Origin: Candidatus Moraniibacteriota bacterium
Lineage (GTDB): Bacteria; Patescibacteriota; Minisyncoccia; Moranbacterales; DUUL01
DNA: 64,000 nt
Direction of reading: 5' to 3'
Assembly (NCBI GenBank): GCA_027008775.1
Contig: JALVDV010000010.1
Coordinates: forward strand, 32,529-96,528
Part shown: piece by piece, positions 47,829 to 56,102 of the stretch
Layout: the number at the start of each line of letters is the position of its first letter
Position numbering within the stretch: position 1 is the first letter of the stretch
Notes under the pieces: model-generated
What the model was told of the DNA's origin: nothing
Seen by the model: only the letters and a program-made list of their open reading frames with translations
Database searches by the model: none
Translations under genes and position numbers: made by a program

Positions 47829-49121
47829 TTAGCTCTTTTTAACTAAGGAGGAAATTTCTACTCTGTAAAAAACAAGCAAAGCAAATTTGCTAAGAGTGAG
47901 AGTGAGAAACAGACTAGAAATGGAAAAAAGATTGAGTCGCCAAATAATGAAAATGACAAAAGCGAAAACAAAAAGACTAAGCAGACCGCCCCAGTTTTGG
48001 TAACGGTAGCCCTCTTTGGAATGACTGGCTAAAATCCAGCCGTAAAGATTGGCGCTGAGATGAAAAAGGAAATAAAAGCCGAGAATAAAAAGCCAAGTCC
48101 AGTGCAAGGGATATTCTTTGCCAAAGAGGAAGAGAAGAAGGCGCGCCCCTAAGATGTAAGCGAACAAAATGGGTAAGCTTAATTTTAAAATAAAACGATT
48201 GACTTTATTGATCAGTTCTTTTTTATTTTTTATTTCATTGATTGAAGGAAAATAAACGTTAACCAAAAGCTGAATTAAACGGGCACTCAGTAAAATGGAA
48301 ATGGTGTAGTAAGCGGAATAGATTCCCAGTTGATAGGCGCCTAAGAGTCCGGCAACAATCAATTTGTCAAAACCTTTGAAGCCGATAGTGGTCAGACTAT
48401 TGATAATCCCCCAGCGAGAATAATGAAAAATTTTCTTGAGATGAGACCATTGTAGCAAATTCGATTGAATGTATTTTTTAATCTTTAAAAAATAAATTGT
48501 CAGCAGAACCAGTCCGCCCGTAACCAAAGCGATTAAGTAGCTTTGGTAAACAACTTTTCGCCAAATAAAAATAATGATAATTAGTAGCGAAAGAACAATT
48601 ATCCCTTCGCCTATTTTAACCAAAGCTTGGTAACGAAATTTTTTCAAGCCGCGAATGATAGCCTCGCTAATTCTCTTGCCGGCAATAATAGTGGCCAAAA
48701 ACCAAACCCAAAAAAGAGGCGGGTGGGAAAATGAGTAAAAATAATCTATCAATTTATAAATCGCCAAGCCGAAAAAAATAACGGTGACATAAATCAGAAA
48801 AGCCAGCCCCAGGGAATTGGTGATTTCTTTTTTTCTGGTTTTAATTTCTTTGGCGCGAGAAACAAAATAAGTGATGCCCACATCACTGTCTAAAACCAAA
48901 AGAATGGCTAAAATGTTGGCTAAGGCCAAAATCAAATTGTATTTTCCGTACTCTTCGGGACCCAACCAACGACCGGCCAGAATATTAGCTAAAAACAAAA
49001 AAGCGAAAGCCAACAAGCCTCCACCCATGGACCAAAAACTGTTCTGTAAAAATCGCCGAGCGTTTTCTCCCATGGGCTGACGAAAAATTAGTTGGTAAAA
49101 ATAGTTAGCTAGTTTAAACAT
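47829..49121 (-). CDS. Wzx-type oligosaccharide flippase
   Basis: About 12 TM; RWLGPEEYGKY, DKLIV..LLG...LGIYS. Confidence 0.9.
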   Translation of the reverse strand: MFKLANYFYQLIFRQPMGENARRFLQNSFWSMGGGLLAFAFLFLANILAGRWLGPEEYGKYNLILALANILAILLVLDSDVGITYFVSRAKEIKTRKKEITNSLGLAFLIYVTVIFFGLAIYKLIDYFYSFSHPPLFWVWFLATIIAGKRISEAIIRGLKKFRYQALVKIGEGIIVLSLLIIIIFIWRKVVYQSYLIALVTGGLVLLTIYFLKIKKYIQSNLLQWSHLKKIFHYSRWGIINSLTTIGFKGFDKLIVAGLLGAYQLGIYSAYYTISILLSARLIQLLVNVYFPSINEIKNKKELINKVNRFILKLSLPILFAYILGARLLLFLFGKEYPLHWTWLFILGFYFLFHLSANLYGWILASHSKEGYRYQNWGGLLSLFVFAFVIFIIWRLNLFSISSLFLTLTLSKFALLVFYRVEISSLVKKS

Positions 49122-49123
49122 AA

Positions 49124-50404
49124 TTATTTATACTTAGCAATGACTTCTTGATAAACTTGTATCAGCTTTTGATAATATTTCTCTTCGTTATTGATTTCCT
49201 TGACCCTCTCAACGGCTTTTTCTCCCATTTTTCCGGTGGCGGATAGATCGCTAAGCATTGTTTTGATTTTTTCCGCCAGATCATCCGCTTGACCGGCTTG
49301 AAAAATCAAACCGCTTTTTCCATCCTCAATCATTTCCGGAGTACCGCCCAAGTGGGAAACGACTACCGGGGTACCAAAAGCCATGGATTCGGAAATGGCT
49401 ACGGGAGAATTATCATACCAAATGGAAGGCAAGACGGTAAAACGCGCTTTTTGAAATAATTTAACCCATTCCGGACTGTTTTTCGGCAAAAAACCTTTAA
49501 ATTTTACCAGCTTTTCAATTTTTAACTGCCGAGCTAGCTTTTTTAGATTTTCTTCTTCCGGTCCTTGTCCGACAATCAGCAATTTGTGATTGAATAAATT
49601 ATTTTCTTTTTGCAAAATAGCAATAGCTTCCAAAAGTGTATTCAATCCTTTCTCTTCCGAAATTCGCCCGACATAAGCAAAATAATTTTCTTTGGCAAAA
49701 CTAGGTTGAAAATTAGAAAAGTTTAAAACATTTCTTAATAAAATCATTTTTTCACGAGGAAAGCCAAAAGAGCTTACTTTCTCAATCATAAAATTGCTGG
49801 GGGCCAAGAAGCGGTCAATCAAATCGTAGGATTTTTTCCAGCGGTGATAATAGGCTTCCAACATAGCCACAGCGCTGACGGCGTAAGAATTTTTCAAACA
49901 TTTGTGGCGAACGGCATTGTAATATTTTCCGCCCCGACAGCGTTCACAAATTTTACCTTTGGTAAACAATTTATAATTGGGGCAAATAATTTTGTAATCG
50001 GAAAGTTTAAAAACTATAGGAATGTTATGTTTTTTAAGTGTGGAAAAAATGGCCGGGGTAAGATAATGATAAATATTATGAATATGCGCCACTTCCGGTT
50101 GCGTGTCTTGAATGAGTTGCTCCAGTTTTTTTTGCGCTTCTCGGTTATGAATGGAACGAAGAGCCAATTTAATTTTTTCCGGAAAATTTTTTGTTTGATT
50201 AATGTCAAAATGGGAAACAAAATAGCGGGAATATCCGGAAGCTTCGTTGCTTTCATCTTGCATAGAAAAAACAATTACTTGGTGTCCCTTCTTTTCCAAT
50301 AGTTTTTTGGTTTCAAAAAAAGCGGAAACTGAACCACCTCCTCGTTGACGGCTAAAATATTTATGAATTTGCAGAATGCGCATAAAGGCAAATTTAATTG
50401 TCAA
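49124..50404 (-). CDS. Glycosyltransferase family 4
   Basis: HIHNIYH, YVGRISEEKG, PSIWYDNSP..ISESMAFG.PVV. Confidence 0.92.
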   Translation of the reverse strand: MTIKFAFMRILQIHKYFSRQRGGGSVSAFFETKKLLEKKGHQVIVFSMQDESNEASGYSRYFVSHFDINQTKNFPEKIKLALRSIHNREAQKKLEQLIQDTQPEVAHIHNIYHYLTPAIFSTLKKHNIPIVFKLSDYKIICPNYKLFTKGKICERCRGGKYYNAVRHKCLKNSYAVSAVAMLEAYYHRWKKSYDLIDRFLAPSNFMIEKVSSFGFPREKMILLRNVLNFSNFQPSFAKENYFAYVGRISEEKGLNTLLEAIAILQKENNLFNHKLLIVGQGPEEENLKKLARQLKIEKLVKFKGFLPKNSPEWVKLFQKARFTVLPSIWYDNSPVAISESMAFGTPVVVSHLGGTPEMIEDGKSGLIFQAGQADDLAEKIKTMLSDLSATGKMGEKAVERVKEINNEEKYYQKLIQVYQEVIAKYK

Positions 50405-50474
50405 ATTTAATCGGTGTGCTACACTAAAAATGTTAAATCTCCGGCTATTCTAGCATAAAAAAGCACTTAAATCA

Positions 50475-51821
50475 ATGAATCTGCTTGATAAAAAAATAAA
50501 TTTAATTTTATTGATAATCGGTTGGCTGACAATCTTTTTTTTCGGTCTATTGTCGCCTTGGGGTTGGGTACAAACCATTGGCCTTTTGTCAGTTTGGTTT
50601 TTGCTTTTTCTTTTTTTAAACAATCCCCTCTTCGGCTTGCTGACTGTTCTTTTTTTGCGTCCCCTGGCAGACAAATTTTCTTCATTGGAATTTGGCTTGC
50701 CCTTTTCCGACAATCTGTCCGTCAAACTATCATCTTTTCTGGGAATTTTTGTTGTCGCTTTAGCCCTGCTCTATTTTTTGAAAAGAAAAGTAAAATTTTG
50801 GCGCTTTCCTTTTTTTAAGGTGTGGTTTTTTCTCGGAACCGTTTTGGCGGTAAGTGTTTTTTATTCTCTGGACCCTTATTTAAGTTTTTACGAATTTTTG
50901 AGAGTTGTCAGCATCTCTGTCTTTTTTTTCTTGATGTATGATTTAGGCAAAACGCCGACTAACCGTCGGAAAATTATTCGGACAATTTTTTGGGCTTCGC
51001 TTCTGCCAATGTTGCTGGCATTTTATCAATTATTGACCCACAGCGGATTGGGCGGAACCAGCGGAATAGAGAGCCGGCTTTACGGATCTTTCAGTCATCC
51101 AAATTCTTTTGCCTCTTTTCTGATCATCATTCTTTCATTGGCTTTTTGGAAACTGGATACGATAAAGAAAAGTGGAAAGAAGATTCTTTTCTTCTCTTTA
51201 TTTTTTCTGGCTCTATTTTTGCTGTTAGAAACTTTTAGCCGAGGAGCCTGGCTGGCTGTTATGACCTTTTTCTTTTTGTACGGAATCCTAAAATCGCCTA
51301 AAATAATTTTCGCTTTGTTCAGTTTGGGGATAGTTTTATTCTTGTTTGTACCCGGTTTTCACGACCGAGTGGAAGATATTTACAATCCCCCGGCGGACAG
51401 CTCCATTGTTTGGCGTTTACAGAAGTGGCAAAGGGTTTTGGCGGTAACTAAAAAACATCCTTGGTTGGGCGCCGGCGCCGGCACGGAAGTGGCAGTGCAT
51501 GAGAAAGAATATGGCTTTTACGCCGGCAACCCCTATACTCACAATGATTTCCTAAAACTTTTTTTGGAAAATGGTCTTTTGGGTTTAACCGCTTTTATTT
51601 TTCTGTTGTCTTCCACTCTTTTTCAATTACTTAAAAAATATTTATCTTTGACAAATGACTCTGAGAAAAAATTTGTTTTGACAATTATACTTTTGTTGCT
51701 GGCGGAAACGGTCTTTTCTTTGAGTAGTAATATTTGGCGAGGAACGGCCACTATGTGGTTTTTGTGGACATTGATTGCTTTGGCCTTGAGTTTGAAAGCG
51801 AGTGACGCTCAAAAATCTTGA
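50475..51821 (+). CDS. O-antigen ligase/polymerase-like (Wzy_C) membrane protein
   Basis: RLYGSFSHPN, TFSRGAW, HPWLGAG, THNDFLKLFLENG. Confidence 0.9.
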   Translation: MNLLDKKINLILLIIGWLTIFFFGLLSPWGWVQTIGLLSVWFLLFLFLNNPLFGLLTVLFLRPLADKFSSLEFGLPFSDNLSVKLSSFLGIFVVALALLYFLKRKVKFWRFPFFKVWFFLGTVLAVSVFYSLDPYLSFYEFLRVVSISVFFFLMYDLGKTPTNRRKIIRTIFWASLLPMLLAFYQLLTHSGLGGTSGIESRLYGSFSHPNSFASFLIIILSLAFWKLDTIKKSGKKILFFSLFFLALFLLLETFSRGAWLAVMTFFFLYGILKSPKIIFALFSLGIVLFLFVPGFHDRVEDIYNPPADSSIVWRLQKWQRVLAVTKKHPWLGAGAGTEVAVHEKEYGFYAGNPYTHNDFLKLFLENGLLGLTAFIFLLSSTLFQLLKKYLSLTNDSEKKFVLTIILLLLAETVFSLSSNIWRGTATMWFLWTLIALALSLKASDAQKS

Positions 51822-51878
51822 CGCAGTTCTTTGTTCGCAATTTTTTTAGAGTTTAAAACCTCCAAATAAAATTTAAGG

Positions 51879-52619
51879 CTACAAGTAATCATTAAGTAAG
51901 TTTTGTGTCTTCTTGAGGTTTTGTTGTAAGAGTTCAAATTTTTTTTGCAATAACTCTTTTTCCAACAGCGCCGGGTTTTTGACGAGCAAAAACATGTTGA
52001 GAGCAGATGTTAAGCTGTGAATATAATTGGAACTTTTGCGCGCTTCCCAAAAAGCTAAAGGGAGCGGACTTCCTTTTCCCAGCCAAAGCAGAACACTTAG
52101 ATCATCGTGAAAAGCTCGGGTGGCATAACTCATCTCCAAAGCGATTTCATCCATTTCCCGCGTTTGTTGCAAGATTTTCTTTTTTTCTGAAACAGACAGA
52201 GTTTTACCGGAGATATCTGAAATTTCTTTGTTTAGAATATCTTTTAAGAAATCGGCTTGCTGAGAGAGGTTGTTTAATTTTTGCCAATGGTGATTGGTTT
52301 CCTTTTGCAAAAGAAAAACGGCAGTTTCTGAAATTAAAAAAGCGCCGACAAAAAAAAGAATGATGTAAAGAATTATTTGCAGGCATTTTTTGAGCCGGCG
52401 TAGAAATCTTTTCTTATTTTTCCCCGTTGGTCTTTTGTTGTTGTTTTGTCGGGAAAATTTTCTTTTGATTTTTTTGGGGCTGAACTTACGAGGAGTTGCT
52501 TGGTTTTTTCTATTTTTTTTGCTTTTTGTCCCGGAAGAATTTTTCTTGCGCAAAAAATTATCAAAAGCGCCGGCCTTTGTTTTTGTTTTTCTTTTTGCTT
52601 GTTTTTTTATTTTAGTCAT
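51879..52619 (-). CDS. Hypothetical protein with basic N-terminus, one TM and a helical domain
   Basis: Start MTKIKK at 52619 lies just downstream of the repeat-borne promoter. Confidence 0.7.
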   Translation of the reverse strand: MTKIKKQAKRKTKTKAGAFDNFLRKKNSSGTKSKKNRKNQATPRKFSPKKIKRKFSRQNNNKRPTGKNKKRFLRRLKKCLQIILYIILFFVGAFLISETAVFLLQKETNHHWQKLNNLSQQADFLKDILNKEISDISGKTLSVSEKKKILQQTREMDEIALEMSYATRAFHDDLSVLLWLGKGSPLPLAFWEARKSSNYIHSLTSALNMFLLVKNPALLEKELLQKKFELLQQNLKKTQNLLNDYL

Positions 52620-52652
52620 CAAGAATTTTCCTTGTTTGATTTTTATGGTTTT

Positions 52653-52680
52653 ATTATAGCAGTCGTTGGGGAAAAGACAA
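52653..52680 (-). repeat. 28-bp direct repeat containing a promoter (copy A)
   Basis: Identical to 55005-55032; minus strand reads TTGTCT-16 bp-TATAAT with TG extended -10. Confidence 0.85.
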
Positions 52681-52792
52681 TTAAAAAGGGCTAACGGGCG
52701 GAAACCAGTTATGGGCGCTTTTGGAAAGAATGGACAAAAAAGAGTTTTTGCCAAGCCACTTCGGCTTAACGCTTTTCTTTTTGCCTTCTTTT

Positions 52793-53923
52793 CTAGATAA
52801 CAAACTTCAAATAATTTTCTCTGTTGATTATTTGGTACTCGGCATCACTATAAGTTTTCAACCAGTCCGCCGGCGCCGGAGATTTTTTATCTCCCCATTT
52901 AAATTCGTAACCAAACAATTTATTTTCCCGCTCTTCTACCAAATCAATTTCCTTTTGGTCCCAGGTTCTCCAAAAATAAGTGTTAGCATAAATCCCGGTA
53001 TAAGTTCGTTTTTTCAGTCTTTCCATAAAAAGAAAATTTTCCCACAGTTGCCCCATGTCGTCTCTTCTGTCAAGGGAATTAAAATTGGAGATTATAGCGT
53101 TTCTGATTCCGTTATCATAAAAATAATAACGAGAAGTTTTGGTCACCTCTTTACGTAAATTTCTGGAAAATCCTCTCACATTAAAAATTATAAAAGACTT
53201 TTCCAATAAATCTAAATATCTTTCCACTGTCCGCAAATTAATATCCAAACTATTAGCCAATTCATTAAAAGATACTTCTTGTCCAATTTGAAAAGCCAAA
53301 AGCACCAGCAACTTTCTTAGCAATTTGGAATCTTTAACTTTTTCAAACTCCAAAATATCTTTCAAAAGATAAGTGTTAACCAAAGTTTCCAACTTGGCAA
53401 TTTTATCTTTGATATTTTTGGTGGCTAAAATTTCCGGATAGCTTCCATAAATCATGAAATCCGGCAACTGCTGTTCCAGTTTTCCCAAAGAATACATTTT
53501 AGCCAATTCCAACTGCGCTATGGGGTATAAGCGCAAATCTTTCATTCGTCCCACCAAGGGTTCGCCGACTTGACCAGCCAATTCAAAACTGGCTGATCCC
53601 GTTACAATGACATTTATTTTTTCAAAAGAATCTACAATTAATTTTAAAGCCTCGCCAATGTTAGGCACTTTTTGCGCTTCATCCACTACTAACAAATCAT
53701 ATCCGCTCAAATTTTTTTCCAACTGGCTTAAACGCAGTGAGCCTAACCAATCGTGCAAATCCAAATCTCCTCCGTTTTCAAAACGATATTTTAATTTGGT
53801 TTTCTTTAAAAAATCTTTTACCAAAGTAGTTTTTCCCACCTGACGCGGTCCTAAAACCACCAAAACTTTGTTCGGTTCCAGCAATTTGGAAAGATTGTAG
53901 GCGCGTAAAAATTTCGTTGCCAT
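52793..53923 (-). CDS. AAA_14 ATPase with DUF4143 domain
   Basis: GPRQVGKT, VVDEAQ, TGSA, LVGR, YGSYP, YYFYDNG, WEN, FWRT..QKEIDLV..YEFKW. Confidence 0.93.
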   Translation of the reverse strand: MATKFLRAYNLSKLLEPNKVLVVLGPRQVGKTTLVKDFLKKTKLKYRFENGGDLDLHDWLGSLRLSQLEKNLSGYDLLVVDEAQKVPNIGEALKLIVDSFEKINVIVTGSASFELAGQVGEPLVGRMKDLRLYPIAQLELAKMYSLGKLEQQLPDFMIYGSYPEILATKNIKDKIAKLETLVNTYLLKDILEFEKVKDSKLLRKLLVLLAFQIGQEVSFNELANSLDINLRTVERYLDLLEKSFIIFNVRGFSRNLRKEVTKTSRYYFYDNGIRNAIISNFNSLDRRDDMGQLWENFLFMERLKKRTYTGIYANTYFWRTWDQKEIDLVEERENKLFGYEFKWGDKKSPAPADWLKTYSDAEYQIINRENYLKFVI

Positions 53924-53980
53924 ATTTTATCGCTTGAATTATCAAAAAATCTTTTTCATTCAGTTCCAACAATAGCATAT

Positions 53981-54041
53981 TACACAAATTTAGTCAATTT
54001 TGTGTAGTCTGACTGCATAAAATTAGTTTATTTTGTGTAGT
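53981..54041. promoter_or_regulatory. Two tandem palindromic operator-like sites over the ATPase promoter
   Basis: TACACAAATTT-AGTC-AATTTTGTGTA and ACTGCATAAAATT-AGTT-TATTTTGTGTAGT, centres 33 bp apart. Confidence 0.55.
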
Positions 54042-54073
54042 TTGCCCAATTTGTTCAAAAAATGTTTAGAAAA

Positions 54074-54094
54074 CAGTTGTTGGGAAAAAGATAA
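54074..54094 (-). repeat. Degenerate third copy of the promoter repeat
   Basis: CAGTTGTTGGGAAAAAGATAA vs CAGTCGTTGGGGAAAAGACAA (18/21 identical). Confidence 0.6.
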
Positions 54095-54115
54095 AACGAT
54101 AAAGACAAGCTTTCT

Positions 54116-54568
54116 CTATGCTTGTTTTTTTATAAATTCCAAAATATATTGGCAATATTGGTTATAATCTTGCAAACAATCTTGCAAAGACGAGTAAACG
54201 CTAGCTAAACTCACTTTATCATATTCGTGAATCAAAATATTTCGCAAGCCAACACTTTGACTGATTTTTTCAGCGAAGTCTAGCGGATAAACATTTAATT
54301 TAGCTAATTGGGTAAAAGTTTCCTCATAAGTCAGAGGAATATTTTTTTGAGAAGAAGACTTTAGTTGATTTTGATCGGTTTCAGCTAAAATATGCTGGTT
54401 GATATCAATGGCTCGATTAACCACCCTTTCCAAATATCTTTCCAAAGCAGCTTGTTTAATCGAATCTTGAGAAATTTTTTTCAATGGCAAGCTTTGGAGA
54501 GGAGCGATATTTTCCAGTTCTTCCTGAATTAAATTGATTTTGCGTTGGATGAATTTTTTGTCCAGCAT
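54116..54568 (-). CDS. HEPN (DUF86/HepT-like) RNase toxin
   Basis: ALERYL..AIDI, GLRNILIHEY (Rx4H plus Y); downstream of the MNT gene. Confidence 0.9.
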   Translation of the reverse strand: MLDKKFIQRKINLIQEELENIAPLQSLPLKKISQDSIKQAALERYLERVVNRAIDINQHILAETDQNQLKSSSQKNIPLTYEETFTQLAKLNVYPLDFAEKISQSVGLRNILIHEYDKVSLASVYSSLQDCLQDYNQYCQYILEFIKKQA

Positions 54569-54573
54569 ATTTT

Positions 54574-54998
54574 TTAATCAAACATTTTATTGAGATGTTT
54601 TTGTCTTTTTTGGACCAAAATTTTTTCTAAGTTAAACAGTCTTTGAGCATCGTGATACTCTCGAAAAGCCACCGCTTGTTCTTCGTGAAATAAAAGTTGG
54701 TCGCCAAAAAGCAATTGGCCGTCGCGAAAAAATAATGTTGTAAGAGAGGATTGGCATCATTTAAATTGGTGAGATCCAGTTTTTCCAAAGGAATATTTAA
54801 ACTTTCTGCCAGCAAGGAAGCCACTTGGGAGTATTGGTCAAAAGATTGGCTGATTTCTTTTCCGCGCGCCATTAAAACAGCCACATCGTAGTCGCTTTCC
54901 GCTTGCGCTTGCCCGGTAGCTTGAGAACCGAATAAAATTACCAACTTAATTCCCAAATCCGGCGTTTCTTTCTTTAGTTTTGCGTGATTGATTTTCAT
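54574..54998 (-). pseudogene. Minimal nucleotidyltransferase (MntA-like) antitoxin, apparently frameshifted
   Basis: LFGSQATG..ESDYDVAV motif; the typical C-terminus FRDGQLLFG..AFREYHDA continues in another frame after a T6 run (54727-54732) and ends at 54574. Confidence 0.8.
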
Positions 54999-55004
54999 AA
55001 ATTC

Positions 55005-55032
55005 ATTATAGCAGTCGTTGGGGAAAAGACAA
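55005..55032 (-). repeat. 28-bp direct repeat containing a promoter (copy B), probably giving a leaderless mnt mRNA
   Basis: TATAAT-GAATTT-ATG. Confidence 0.85.
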
Positions 55033-55039
55033 ATAAAAA

Positions 55040-55070
55040 ACGGGCGAACTACAGTTGTGTAGTTGCCCGT
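55040..55070 (-). terminator. Terminator of the GC-rich orphan gene
   Basis: ACGGGCAACTACA-loop-TGTAGTTCGCCCGT followed by TTTTT on the minus strand. Confidence 0.75.
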
Positions 55071-55077
55071 GTTGAGG

Positions 55078-55716
55078 TTAATATTGACAAGCCGGTGTCG
55101 CCGGTAATGTCCACAACTCGAGAGTTTTGACGGGTTTATCCGACCCGTCTTGGACCCCCCAGATTCGGACGGCCGCCGCAGGGATAGCCGCCCGGTAATG
55201 TTCGGGCTCAACCCTGTCACACCGTAGAAAAACTACAGTGGTTGGACTGGAAATCTCCTCGCAAACCTTTACATCGGGAGATTTGTCTTTTACCTCCCAG
55301 TAAGGTTTGCCGATTGGCGCACTGGCGTGCACCTGGATCCCGGAGGAGTGTCGCGGGAAAGGCTTGTCGTCTGTCTCGCGGAATTCCTCCTTTACAACAA
55401 TCCCTCTGTCCCACTGCCAGGCCAAAATCAGCCCCTTTGCTACCTTTGGCAAAGGAGCATAAGGGTTAATGGGAAGGGATACAACCGGGATCCCTGGGGA
55501 CTTGAAAACAAGGTGTGGTCTGTCCAGTCGGTCATCAGGAACTTGCTGGATGTTCACGCCGTCAAAGACGGTGTTGATCTGTTGACAGACCATATCTACG
55601 GCCCACTGGGGGCCGACAAGATCGATCTCGTCAGCCTCACCGTAGGCGAGGACTGACGATGTGGCCACCAGACAAAAAAAACAAAAAAGAAAAAAAGACA
55701 ATATTTTTGATTTCAT
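55078..55716 (-). CDS. Secreted hypothetical protein (GC-rich orphan)
   Basis: Signal peptide MKSKILSFFLFCFFCLVATSSVLA; AGGAGGTG at 55722-55729; own terminator. Confidence 0.8.
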   Translation of the reverse strand: MKSKILSFFLFCFFCLVATSSVLAYGEADEIDLVGPQWAVDMVCQQINTVFDGVNIQQVPDDRLDRPHLVFKSPGIPVVSLPINPYAPLPKVAKGLILAWQWDRGIVVKEEFRETDDKPFPRHSSGIQVHASAPIGKPYWEVKDKSPDVKVCEEISSPTTVVFLRCDRVEPEHYRAAIPAAAVRIWGVQDGSDKPVKTLELWTLPATPACQY

Positions 55717-55860
55717 TTTTGCACCTCCTGAAAGTGCGGTTATGTTTCCTTGCCCAAGAGGAAACGATTAAAAGAACTGTTCCGGCGACTGGGCGGTCGC
55801 CGAGGAGCTGTCTGAGGCCAGCCCCGGCCCTTACAAAAAATTTTCCTCACCTCCTTTTTA
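55717..55860 (-). promoter_or_regulatory. Candidate structured cis-regulatory leader RNA
   Basis: Hairpins at 55783-55802 and 55744-55765 with complementary loops. Confidence 0.4.
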
Positions 55861-55893
55861 TTTTTTGATTTTTAAAAATTGTCCGCCTCTGCC

Positions 55894-55934
55894 GGGCGGA
55901 AGAAAGGAAAGAATTTCTTTTCTTTCTTCCGCCC
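55894..55934. repeat. 20-bp inverted repeat at the island edge
   Basis: GGGCGGAAGAAAGGAAAGAA-T-TTCTTTTCTTTCTTCCGCCC (19/20). Confidence 0.75.
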
Positions 55935-56102
55935 AGCAATCTTTGTTTCTCTTCTCAGCGACCTTTGCTTCGGCGTCTTTTTGGGAGAGGAAAATTTTGG
56001 GTACTTTGAATTGTTCTCTTTTATTTCTGGCGGAGGAGAATTTTCATCCGGTTTGAAATCCGGTGGGGAAAAATTTTTGAACGGACTCCTAGTTGGGACA
56101 TT

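Noticed and set aside
50475-51821. Alternative genetic code (UGA=Gly, as in Gracilibacteria/Absconditabacteria)
   Set aside because: Long genes have no internal TGA, and TGA serves as a normal stop here and in scpA.
54999-55220. N-terminal extension of the MNT ORF (and likewise 52620-52754 of the membrane protein)
   Set aside because: These run through the promoter repeat and, for MNT, a terminator and the neighbouring gene. The shared peptide CLFPNDCYN merely reflects the DNA repeat.
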